DNA from: Nonlabens ponticola | Lineage (GTDB): Bacteria > Bacteroidota > Bacteroidia > Flavobacteriales > Flavobacteriaceae | Assembly: GCF_003966335.1 (NCBI RefSeq) | Contig: NZ_CP034549.1 | Span: 1,980,001-2,012,000 of the forward strand | Direction of reading: 5' to 3' | Length of the DNA stretch: 32,000 nt | Shown: positions 1-8,241 of the stretch, in pieces | Numbering within the stretch: the first letter of the stretch is position 1 | Layout of the letters: every line of letters begins with the position of its first letter | Translations under genes and position numbers: made by a program | The notes under the pieces: generated by a model | Seen by the model: only the letters and a program-made list of their open reading frames with translations | Database searches by the model: none | Told to the model about the DNA's origin: nothing

Positions 1-350
1 GGGTTTTTTTGTGGCTTGAATTAAATTTATTTTCTGTGGAACGATTCGCCTTCAGAGTTTTAAATAACAGCGATGAATTTTCCCATATACGGAACAGCCT
101 AATTAATGACTTAATTGAATTTGAGCGTATCATGGCGAAGACGATTCCTGTTGTGGATTTGCATATAAGTGACGACAGTTTGTTAGTGGCTCGCTGTGAC
201 GATTAGGGTGTTGGTACTTATAAGATTTGTAATGTTTAGGAATTTAACATTGCAAGAAAAGATAAATATGACTTATGTTCTATAATATATATTATGTCAA
301 ATAAATGAGCATCACTGACTAAGGTGACACTCCAACAATATCCTATTTAA

Positions 351-965
351 TTAGCGTGATGCAACAGCATCTACTTGCATCGACTTCGCTCTAATAATAT
401 ATCCATTAAACGATTGTCTAAGCGCAAAGGTCCTGTTCTTGAATTTTCCAATGCCAGGCGAATACTCTAACAATACTTTATTAGGTTCATTTGGCTGTGC
501 TGCATAAATATATTGAATGACTGAAGCAAGAAATCTATTGTCACCTTCATAGATATCAAATTCTACTTTGTATCTATTTTTATTAAGTTCTGGTGTGACT
601 TTTAGATTTCTTTTCAAACCTTGAATCTTGTGACGTTCGTTAGATTTCAAGGTTTGTTGTGGCCTATCATTATTTAAGAATTGACCCGCTGAACTATTGA
701 ACTCAAGCAACAATCCTATTGAATCATTATTCACGTTGACATATTGTTGAACAAACTGTGGAATTTTTTTCTCACCTAAATCATCTACATTAACTAAATC
801 TGCATCAAACTCAAAACCAATAAGATATTCTTGGTTTTGTACTATCGATGCTAATTCATCTAATTCCAATTGCGATGCGGATTCATCTTCAATTTTAGCA
901 CTATTACAACTGGTAATAGCAAAGACAAAAAAGATGAAACCGAAAAATTTATAAAACTGATTCAT
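351..965 (-). CDS. Hypothetical lipoprotein. Start trimmed to the internal ATG that gives MNQFYKFFGFIFFVFAITSC.
   Basis: Long ORF with an N-terminal hydrophobic signal followed by the lipobox-like ITSC. No recognisable catalytic motifs. Confidence 0.6.
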   Translation of the reverse strand: MNQFYKFFGFIFFVFAITSCNSAKIEDESASQLELDELASIVQNQEYLIGFEFDADLVNVDDLGEKKIPQFVQQYVNVNNDSIGLLLEFNSSAGQFLNNDRPQQTLKSNERHKIQGLKRNLKVTPELNKNRYKVEFDIYEGDNRFLASVIQYIYAAQPNEPNKVLLEYSPGIGKFKNRTFALRQSFNGYIIRAKSMQVDAVASR

Positions 966-1042
966 AATAAAATTTATATTGATTCCTAAAATAAAATGCC
1001 ACAAGTATCATTCCAAGCAAACTGATAGTAAAAGATTGATCT

Positions 1043-1612
1043 TTAATCTTGGCTTACAGAATTGATGGTACCTCTATACTCCATCCTAGTACGCTGATTA
1101 CTATTTACATAGATTACGGCATTCTTGTTGGCAAACAGAATGAGATCCACATTATAGTTCTCAGTTCCTTGATTTACCTCAAAGCTTATATCGTAACGGC
1201 GTTTATTATCATCAGCACTGATTTCATAATCATCTGGTGAATCTTCAAAAACAATTCCTGTGTCTCCATCAGTACCTGCATAACTACCTGCCTGACGGCG
1301 CTCACCATAAAAAGGCAAATTAGCCATCACTTGATCGTTGCCTATTTGCATGAAATGTCCATCGCCACTTATATCTATACGTGCTGCGCTATCGCCGGTA
1401 TTAGTCAATACCTGATTGATGACTTGCTGGCTTGCATAAGTATTGCTGGGATAAGCGGCCTGTGCTTCAATACGCAATTCACCGCTGTTGATCATAGCTT
1501 GTAATTCTTGCCATTCTTCTGTAGTTCCAGTTTTCTGTACACTGCACGAGCTTATTACAGCCAAAATCATTGATAAACCAATCCATTGTAAACTCTTTGA
1601 CATCTTTCTCAT
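1043..1612 (-). CDS. Lipoprotein, possibly DUF4251-like (Bacteroidota-specific)
   Basis: The signal peptide plus lipobox (LAVISSCS) is seen directly. The family assignment rests only on remembered resemblance (LPFYGERR ... SNQRTRMEYRGTI). Confidence 0.6.
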   Translation of the reverse strand: MRKMSKSLQWIGLSMILAVISSCSVQKTGTTEEWQELQAMINSGELRIEAQAAYPSNTYASQQVINQVLTNTGDSAARIDISGDGHFMQIGNDQVMANLPFYGERRQAGSYAGTDGDTGIVFEDSPDDYEISADDNKRRYDISFEVNQGTENYNVDLILFANKNAVIYVNSNQRTRMEYRGTINSVSQD

Positions 1613-1696
1613 CTTCTCTTTTTACCCAAAAGATAGCGAGTTAGCGTATATCTCTATGAGAATAACATCTTAAAATTCAAGAGGATGTGATCCAGC

Positions 1697-3562
1697 TTAT
1701 CTCTTAAGCGTAAAATTTCCTGAAATTTCCTGGTTGACATAATAAATACGATACCAATAATCTGCACTGGGTAATGGCTCATTATTGATGGTACCATCCC
1801 AAAAATTATTATCAGCATCAATCAAGGCAACTAGCTTACCATAGCGATCAAAGATTTCCACTCGAGCATCGGGAAAGGATTCAATATTTCCCAGAGTCCA
1901 TGTGTCGTTGAATCCATCTCCATTAGGCGTGAAAAATTGGTCGATTCCCAATTTATTGAAAACATCGCGCACAATGACACATCCATTAGAATCTGTCACC
2001 GCGATTCTAACTTGTAAGAGGTTTGCTATTTCAATGTTATTGCTTGTTTGAAAAGGCTCCTCATTGAAGCTATACAGGAAATCACCGTCGTTGGTTACCA
2101 CAGTCAAAACATCATCTACTTCAGCTATGGATAGAATTTGTGGTACCACTACTTCTCTCACTTCAAAGGTTGCCGTATCGCTACATCCTGCATCATTAGT
2201 CACTATAACGTTATAAGTACCTGCGGTACTTACGTTGATGCTAGGTGATTGCTCACCACTACTCCACTCATAACTAGCATTCCCTGTAAACATTGGGTTG
2301 AGTTCAATTTCTTCATTGGGACAAATAAGGAATGTACCACCTGAGAGCCGTGGCTTCTCACCAATGATAAATTCAATCGCTGCTCGCTCATCGCTGATAC
2401 AACCTGTGGCTGCGTCTCGATTTTGGGCATAATAAAAGCCAGTCTCACTTACCCGTAAAGAATTACTGGCAGTAACGATAGGTGTACCACCAACTGCTTG
2501 ATCAAACCACGCCACTTCTACACCATCATTTGCCTGAACTTCCAGCAAGCCTTCTTCTCCTTCACAAACGACGACCTCGCTTTCAAGTGCAATAGGAATT
2601 GGGACTTCGGTAACTGTATATTGAAATGCTTCAGAAATATTGGCGCACTCATTACCTACTAGATTAGCCGCATCTTCGGCTATTTTGATACGGTAAAAGG
2701 TCGTTTCTTCAATCATTTCAGTGATCAATACAGGATTGTTTGCACCAGCGATGTCATCATAGTTCTCTCCATCAATACTGGATTGCCATTGATATTCTGG
2801 TGAGTCAAATACGGCTTCCTGTGTGTTGACACTTAGTTCAATGGATTCTGCCATATCGCTACCGCATCGTCCAGAGGCAATTTCACCATTTTGATCACGC
2901 AGTTCTACAGCATCGCCACAGGTTTTAAAAGTGATGTCATCTATCGCCAGATCATTACCGCAACCGCCTTCACCTTCATTAATCATTTTTAGGATACAGC
3001 CATTTTGCCCAGCGCTGGTGGTAAACGTGAGGCCATATTGTATCCAGATGGGATCATCCTCTGCAAATCGTGGTTGCATAACACCTTCAGCTAGCCTATT
3101 AGTATCGGTCGCATCCCATATCTCAAAACGCACTTGCACGGGAATCTCGATACCAGCACAAGCATTAGGTGAGCCATCCAACAAATTGATAATCCAGGCA
3201 CTGAATTCATAATTTGTATCACCACACAAACCGTTAATGGTCGTTTGAAAAAATTGATCAGGCTCAAAAGATGCATTGACAATTAGCGCCTTCCCATCTT
3301 GATCGCCAGTGTGATCGCCTACCACATGAAGACTGTTGAGTTGTCTCAAATTGCTAGAAATCGTGTATTCACCATCCTGCGTTCCCGAGTTGACAAAGCG
3401 GTAGCTGGTTTGCATACTACTCAATGGCGGCCCACTTGTGGTACCTGACCCAAACGTTTCCTTAAATATATCCTCACTGGATGCACCGGTGCAAAATCCT
3501 AGTTGCGCTTTCGCGAAAGCGGAAAAAACAACCATCATCACAACGACCAGTAAATATCTCAT
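1697..3562 (-). CDS. Secreted T9SS type-B C-terminal sorting domain protein (adhesin-like, with a jelly-roll/CBM-like N-domain and Ig-like repeats)
   Basis: Signal peptide MRYLLVVVMMVVFSAFAKA-Q. The motif GNDLAIDDITF is typical of CBM-like domains in Bacteroidota surface proteins. The C-terminus FFTPNGDGFNDTW...IFDRYGKLV...WDG...LPSADYWY is the gliding-motility/T9SS type B CTD signature. Confidence 0.85.
   Translation of the reverse strand: MRYLLVVVMMVVFSAFAKAQLGFCTGASSEDIFKETFGSGTTSGPPLSSMQTSYRFVNSGTQDGEYTISSNLRQLNSLHVVGDHTGDQDGKALIVNASFEPDQFFQTTINGLCGDTNYEFSAWIINLLDGSPNACAGIEIPVQVRFEIWDATDTNRLAEGVMQPRFAEDDPIWIQYGLTFTTSAGQNGCILKMINEGEGGCGNDLAIDDITFKTCGDAVELRDQNGEIASGRCGSDMAESIELSVNTQEAVFDSPEYQWQSSIDGENYDDIAGANNPVLITEMIEETTFYRIKIAEDAANLVGNECANISEAFQYTVTEVPIPIALESEVVVCEGEEGLLEVQANDGVEVAWFDQAVGGTPIVTASNSLRVSETGFYYAQNRDAATGCISDERAAIEFIIGEKPRLSGGTFLICPNEEIELNPMFTGNASYEWSSGEQSPSINVSTAGTYNVIVTNDAGCSDTATFEVREVVVPQILSIAEVDDVLTVVTNDGDFLYSFNEEPFQTSNNIEIANLLQVRIAVTDSNGCVIVRDVFNKLGIDQFFTPNGDGFNDTWTLGNIESFPDARVEIFDRYGKLVALIDADNNFWDGTINNEPLPSADYWYRIYYVNQEISGNFTLKR
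3506..3521. repeat. Iterated palindrome copy 1, CGCTTTCGCGAAAGCG (16 nt, perfect), inside the T9SS protein signal peptide
   Basis: Read directly. It encodes S-AFAKA-Q on the minus strand. Confidence 0.95.
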
Positions 3563-3786
3563 AGGCGACTAAGATAAACAGGAGTTGCGGATTTCAAATT
3601 GATCAGCAGAGTTTTAAGTGGCAAGCCATACTGCTGACTCATAGTCGCTTAAGTACAAATCTCAACAAGTAACTTAAATATTGCGCAATTCAAACGTCTA
3701 ACAAATGCTTAAACGATTGCTAAAGAATATCTAAAGTGCCTTTTGTTTATCAACGCTAGCGGTATCTTTAAGTAAAATAATGATTT

Positions 3787-4089
3787 ATGAACGTAGTATA
3801 TAATTACCAACACGTCACAGGCAGCCAGGAACTTGAAGCCTATACAGAAGAAAGACTTAAAACAATTTTTGAGAGATATAATTGGGTGACCCGTGCAGAT
3901 GTATTTTTTAGAAATGAGAACACGTCCAGCCGCGAGACTGGAATGATCGCCGAGATACGCTTGAGCGCTCCAGGACCACGTCTATATGCTGAAGAGTCGC
4001 ACAGCACTTTTAAAGAATCAGTTGCCAAAGTAGTGCAACAATTGAAAACGCAGTGCGAGAAGCGCAAGGCAGACATGATATCTCATTAG
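3787..4089 (+). CDS. hpf: Ribosome hibernation promoting factor / RaiA (S30EA) family protein, short form
   Basis: 100 aa. The N-terminal pattern (xxVxxxHVTGSQELEAYTEERL) and basic C-terminus are typical of HPF/RaiA short proteins. Confidence 0.6.
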   Translation: MNVVYNYQHVTGSQELEAYTEERLKTIFERYNWVTRADVFFRNENTSSRETGMIAEIRLSAPGPRLYAEESHSTFKESVAKVVQQLKTQCEKRKADMISH

Positions 4090-4092
4090 ATT

Positions 4093-4494
4093 ATGATTTC
4101 TCTTGCAACTGACGAGCGAGAAATTGTCTTGCTCTACGACTCAAACAACAAGAATCATCGAGAGATTTATGCCTATGCTGTAGCGGCCAAAAAACCGCTC
4201 AATGCTATTGACGTCAATAAGCAGCATACAACAGGAACTCAATGGAGTGAGATTGCCAACAAACTTGATAAAGACGTAAAAGACTTGATCGATACAGATC
4301 ACAGCATTTTTATCGAGAAGCATGGTAAAAAAGTAAGTCTTACTAATGATGGTGCCATCAAATTGTTGCAAAATGATCCAGAGATGCTACTTTTCCCGAT
4401 TGCTGTTCAAGGCGATAAAGCAAAGGTGCTACATCTTTACGGTGACATGACAGACTTTATTGGACCTGATACCGCAGCGGTTAACATACCATAA
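4093..4494 (+). CDS. ArsC/Spx-like thioredoxin-fold protein lacking the N-terminal catalytic Cys
   Basis: 133 aa. The C-terminal AIKLLQNDPEMLLFPIAVQGDKAKV resembles the ArsC/Spx family tail. There is no CxxC or Cys near the N-terminus. Only 3 nt separate it from the upstream hpf-like gene. Confidence 0.45.
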   Translation: MISLATDEREIVLLYDSNNKNHREIYAYAVAAKKPLNAIDVNKQHTTGTQWSEIANKLDKDVKDLIDTDHSIFIEKHGKKVSLTNDGAIKLLQNDPEMLLFPIAVQGDKAKVLHLYGDMTDFIGPDTAAVNIP

Positions 4495-4520
4495 CTATTG
4501 AATTGAATGATCTATTAAAA

Positions 4521-4550
4521 TCCAGTCTTAAAGGCTGGATTTTATTTTAT
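4521..4550 (+). terminator. Rho-independent terminator after the ArsC-like gene
   Basis: Stem TCCAGTC/GGCTGGA (7 bp including one G-U), loop TTAAA, followed by TTTTATTTTAT. Confidence 0.6.
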
Positions 4551-4566
4551 ACTAACTTGCCCTAAT

Positions 4567-5550
4567 ATGATTATCTGGATCTCCTTTATTATCATGGTCG
4601 GTATCTTTTTGATATTAGACCTTTTTGTTTTTAATCGCAAGGCTCATGTTATTGATACCAAAGAGGCCAGCAAGTACACGGCACTATGGGTAGGAATCGC
4701 ACTGTTGTTCACGATTGCTGTTTATTTTATTTACGATTACGGCGCGGTAGCAAATCCAGACAATCTTACCGCCGGCAATGCTGCCATAAAATATTTGACA
4801 GGTTATTTGATAGAGCTCTCACTAAGTATCGATAACATTTTTGTTATCGCTGTGATCTTTAAATCATTTGCGATCCAGCAAAAATATCAGCATCGCGTGC
4901 TCTTTTGGGGTATTGTCGGTGCTCTTGTATTTAGAGCACTCATGATCCTTTTTGGTGTAGCGCTTATAAGTCAAGTTAGCTGGATGACTTATGTCTTTGG
5001 AGCGTTCCTATTATACACGGCATTTAAGATGTTGACCTCGCACGATGAGGAATTTGACCCTAAGCAAAGTGCTGTATATAAGTTGGCTAGAAAAATGTTC
5101 CCTGTGACTGACCGTATTGATGGTCAAAAGCTATTTGTACGCAAGATGGGTAAACGCATAGCCACTCCTCTATTTTTAGCACTGGTAGTTATTGAATTGA
5201 CTGATGTACTTTTTGCTCTGGATTCTATTCCAGCGATTCTTGCCATAACTGCAGACCCATTTCTAGTATTTGCCAGTAATATTCTTGCCATAATGGGATT
5301 GCGTAGTATGTACTTTTTCCTATCAAACTTGCTTGATAAATTTCAATACATACATTATAGCCTAGTTGCGATATTAGCTTTTGTAGGAATCAAGATGATC
5401 CTGGTACATCATTTTCACTTTCCAGAATGGGTATCTCTAGGCTTCATCTTTCTAGCTCTAGGTGTAGGAATGTTGTTCTCAAGCCTCAAAAAAACAACTA
5501 AAAAGGATGAACAAGAGTTAAAAGAATCGTTGAACACCACTAAAGATTAA
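4567..5550 (+). CDS. TerC family integral membrane protein
   Basis: Multi-TM protein with the TerC signature region YLTGYLIELSLSIDNIFVIAVIF and a second repeat LTDVLFALDSIPAILAIT. Confidence 0.85.
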   Translation: MIIWISFIIMVGIFLILDLFVFNRKAHVIDTKEASKYTALWVGIALLFTIAVYFIYDYGAVANPDNLTAGNAAIKYLTGYLIELSLSIDNIFVIAVIFKSFAIQQKYQHRVLFWGIVGALVFRALMILFGVALISQVSWMTYVFGAFLLYTAFKMLTSHDEEFDPKQSAVYKLARKMFPVTDRIDGQKLFVRKMGKRIATPLFLALVVIELTDVLFALDSIPAILAITADPFLVFASNILAIMGLRSMYFFLSNLLDKFQYIHYSLVAILAFVGIKMILVHHFHFPEWVSLGFIFLALGVGMLFSSLKKTTKKDEQELKESLNTTKD

Positions 5551-5625
5551 CAAAAACGACTAAATCATACGTTTAAACGATATTATTACCGATTATCTGT
5601 ATATTTGAGTAAATACATTCGGTAT

Positions 5626-5934
5626 ATGGTACATTTTAACTATTCACATTTAACGCGCAGTAAGAAGCTTGAAGACTTCATTGAAAGTTCATTAGCAACT
5701 ATTATCACTAATGATGTGCCGGTTTCTAGCGTCTATTGTTTCTTGAGTCGTGCCTTTGATCATCGTGATCGATTAAAAAGCACCTTAAAGATGCAGGTAA
5801 GACTAGAATCAAGTGACAGTTTTGTCCTTGAAAAGTCTGCTGGTAATTTTAAATCTGCCTACAAACAGATGGCTGAAGAACTGCAATACATGTTTAAGAA
5901 GTCTGATCCTGATCAGGCTCTGGCATCTGCTTAA
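5626..5934 (+). CDS. Second, divergent HPF/RaiA-like protein. Start trimmed from the TTG at 5605 to the ATG at 5626.
   Basis: About 102 aa. MVHFNYSHLTRSKKLEDFIESSL parallels the N-terminus of the 3787 gene, and the length and charge pattern are similar. Confidence 0.45.
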   Translation: MVHFNYSHLTRSKKLEDFIESSLATIITNDVPVSSVYCFLSRAFDHRDRLKSTLKMQVRLESSDSFVLEKSAGNFKSAYKQMAEELQYMFKKSDPDQALASA

Positions 5935-5940
5935 AAATTA

Positions 5941-5977
5941 AAAAATCCCAACATTGCGACATGTTGGGATTTTTTTA
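5941..5977. terminator. Strong bidirectional rho-independent terminator
   Basis: 10-bp stem ATCCCAACAT/ATGTTGGGAT with a 6-nt loop, an A-run upstream and a T7 run downstream. It lies between the convergent genes 5626..5934(+) and 6043..6807(-). Confidence 0.85.
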
Positions 5978-6042
5978 TTGTAGAACCTAAGCGTATTGGA
6001 CTGGAACGTGTAATGATACACTAGTACTACGTTTATACAAGC

Positions 6043-6807
6043 TTAGGACTTGAAAGCACCGTATCCACCGTCGGCCATTAGATTTGTAGCATTAATACTA
6101 CTTGCTGCATCGCTGGCGAGAAATGCTACCACTTTACCTATTTCCGTAGGATCATTGAATTGCGAATCAGGTATTTGGCTTTTCCAATGTTCCAAAGTCT
6201 CTGGACTATCGCTACCTACTTCTTCTAGTATGCTAGTTGCCGTATAGCCAGGCGAAACACTATTGACTCTTATTCCTTTATCGGCTAGATTAACACCTAA
6301 GGTGCGCGTCATTTGTACGATACCAGCTTTCGCCACATCATAACCTATATGATTTTCTGGACTCACTACATAATGTGCGCTGATGGAAGCAATGTTTACA
6401 ATTACACCACCATTACCACGCTTTATCATTTGTTGCGCAAAATCCCGGCAGCAAAAGAACGTACTGTTCAAATTAATATTCATCATTTGGTGCCAGTCAT
6501 CATCTGTATATTCTAAGGATGGTATATCGTTAGCTACTCCAGCATTATTTATCAAAATATCAATATCATGCTCTTTAGAAGCCTTATTGATTTGATCATT
6601 ATTGGTGACATCCAGAATGATGTAGCTTGCCTCAATGTTTTTGAGCTTCAATTGGTGCTGCGCATCCTTCAATTGATCTTCATCAATATCGCTCAAAATT
6701 ATATTGGCACCTACAAGACCTAGCTCGGTTGCTATTGCAAGACCTATTCCTTGAGCACTGCCAGTGATCAAGGCGCTTTTTCCAGAAAGATTAACCAGAT
6801 GTTGCAT
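6043..6807 (-). CDS. Classical SDR family oxidoreductase
   Basis: TGSAQGIGLAIA Rossmann motif, NNAG, catalytic S...YDVAK (YxxxK). Confidence 0.85.
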   Translation of the reverse strand: MQHLVNLSGKSALITGSAQGIGLAIATELGLVGANIILSDIDEDQLKDAQHQLKLKNIEASYIILDVTNNDQINKASKEHDIDILINNAGVANDIPSLEYTDDDWHQMMNINLNSTFFCCRDFAQQMIKRGNGGVIVNIASISAHYVVSPENHIGYDVAKAGIVQMTRTLGVNLADKGIRVNSVSPGYTATSILEEVGSDSPETLEHWKSQIPDSQFNDPTEIGKVVAFLASDAASSINATNLMADGGYGAFKS

Positions 6808-6808
6808 A

Positions 6809-7432
6809 TCAATCCTTATCTACATGTGCACGATCTACATAATCGCCGTTATAAGTGAATTCTTCTTGTTTTTTGCGAGAGCGTTCTTTGGTTTCTTCAC
6901 TTCTTAAATCCTCAGGCACTTCATCTAGTTCGCCTCCGTAGTAACCTACCGCGATTGCCGTAGCAACGTGAAAAGTGTCTGGAAACTTGAATTCTTTCTT
7001 AGCTTTCTCGTGGTCCACTCCAGCCATTTGATGTAATGCGATACCCATACTCTGCGCCTGGATTGCCATGTTTGCCGCAAATTGACCTAGATCATGCAAC
7101 GCATGAAAATTGTCCTTGCCATCTGGCGTTTTCTTATCAAACACTCCTAATAACAACACAGGAGCATTTTTTGCCCATCCTTGATTAAATTCAACAAGAA
7201 CGTCCATGATACGATCGTAGGATTCACTTCCTTTCACGCCCCATACAATATGCCAGGGCTGGAAGTTATTGCTACTCGCTGCCCAGCGACCAGCCTCAAA
7301 TAATGATTGTAAATCGGTATTACTTACTGGTGTATCCGCAAATTTTCTAGGACTCCAGCGATTCTTGATGAGATCATGTACTTTGTGATCTGTTGGTGTA
7401 TTCTTTAATACGTCTGTTTTAGGTTGACTCAT
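6809..7432 (-). CDS. Nitroreductase family protein
   Basis: RWSPRKFADTPVS ... AGRWAASSNNFQPWH is typical of the NfsA/NfnB-like nitroreductase fold. There is a 1-nt gap to the SDR gene. Confidence 0.8.
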   Translation of the reverse strand: MSQPKTDVLKNTPTDHKVHDLIKNRWSPRKFADTPVSNTDLQSLFEAGRWAASSNNFQPWHIVWGVKGSESYDRIMDVLVEFNQGWAKNAPVLLLGVFDKKTPDGKDNFHALHDLGQFAANMAIQAQSMGIALHQMAGVDHEKAKKEFKFPDTFHVATAIAVGYYGGELDEVPEDLRSEETKERSRKKQEEFTYNGDYVDRAHVDKD

Positions 7433-8149
7433 TTATAAATTTTTAGTTGATTCTTCTTTAGTTAAATTTCTCATGATTCTTTCTCTTTCCTCATCATCAA
7501 TCTCAAATTGTGGCTTACCATGCAGCGGCAATAAATGTTCAAAATCTACCGAAATACTGCGCAGACTCTCACGCAGTCCTAAGTCTGCCTGCTCGCTAGC
7601 GATAGGTGGTCGCTCAAAATAGTATTCATCCTTTTCATACGGCGACCCAATCGCACTATCTCCGGTAAACAAGGCTTTATTGAATTCACAATATATAGCT
7701 ACAGATCCTTTAGTATGTCCAGGCGTATGGTAAACCTTGATACCAAATGCATCAAATACATCATTAGGTTCATCAATCGCTGCTAACTGTGTGTTGTTCT
7801 TGTCAAGTGGATGTATGTAAATCGTAGTATCCAGATCCTTGGCAATGTTGTCGACATCATCATAGGCTTGTGAAATCAAGTCTGCATGGGTTAATAATAT
7901 TGCTTTAATGTGATAACCGCTTTCGCGAAAGCGTGCAATCTCTTCCTTGTGCTCTTTTATGACCGCATCAATAAGAATAATATCATGCCTGTTCTTGTGG
8001 CGCAACATGTATCCATTACCAAAGTGGTGTACGTGCTTATCGTACTTGAGTAAAAAAGTATCTGGTAAAATCTTGACCGATTCTCCAAAAACAGCTGTTC
8101 TCAATTCATCTAGCCTGCTATAAACATCTATGCGATCTACTTGTTCCAT
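7433..8149 (-). CDS. MBL-fold metallo-hydrolase with a degenerate HxHxDH motif
   Basis: The ILIDAV, HTPGHTKGS, LFTGDS and LLPLHG motifs are present. The canonical HxHxDH position reads THADLISQ. Its stop codon directly abuts the nitroreductase ATG (TAAATG). Confidence 0.7.
   Translation of the reverse strand: MEQVDRIDVYSRLDELRTAVFGESVKILPDTFLLKYDKHVHHFGNGYMLRHKNRHDIILIDAVIKEHKEEIARFRESGYHIKAILLTHADLISQAYDDVDNIAKDLDTTIYIHPLDKNNTQLAAIDEPNDVFDAFGIKVYHTPGHTKGSVAIYCEFNKALFTGDSAIGSPYEKDEYYFERPPIASEQADLGLRESLRSISVDFEHLLPLHGKPQFEIDDEERERIMRNLTKEESTKNL
7918..7933. repeat. Iterated palindrome copy 2, CGCTTTCGCGAAAGCG, inside the MBL-fold gene
   Basis: Read directly. It encodes A-RFRES-G. Confidence 0.95.
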
Positions 8150-8241
8150 TGTTTTTTATTTCAATTTACAATGCGATCACAATAGCTGCTTTGCGATTAA
8201 GATAGTTACAACAACATATTGAGATGGCTTTAACGTTGCGC

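Noticed and set aside
9-206. 65-aa ORF starting with TTG at the window edge
   Set aside because: It has no recognisable motifs, uses a non-ATG start, begins right after a GGGTTTTTTT tract that looks like the tail of an upstream terminator, and has weak coding character. I cannot support it as a gene.
966-1004. N-terminal extensions of several track ORFs: 351-1004, 5605-, 10856-11128, 12516-, 24712-, 26663-26893 and 28537-31998
   Set aside because: In each case an internal ATG gives a canonical signal peptide or family-typical N-terminus. Several of the extended starts are TTG, and one extension contains a promoter-like box. I therefore used the shorter coordinates, although the exact starts remain unverified.
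3565-3648. Nested inverted repeats (GCGACTA...TAGTCGC enclosing TCAGCAG...CTGCTGA) just upstream of the T9SS protein start, a possible structured 5-prime UTR
   Set aside because: The stems are only 7 bp. In a 224-nt spacer, one or two such pairs are expected by chance, and I cannot test conservation or covariation.
4495-4566. Possible yybP-ykoY (Mn2+) riboswitch upstream of the TerC-family gene
   Set aside because: The spacer is only 72 nt and is mostly occupied by the terminator hairpin of the upstream gene. There is no room for the four-helix riboswitch, and I saw no conserved riboswitch loops.
6326-6333. Isolated half-site GCTTTCGC inside the SDR gene
   Set aside because: An 8-mer is expected about once per 32 kb on both strands by chance, and there is no matching second half.
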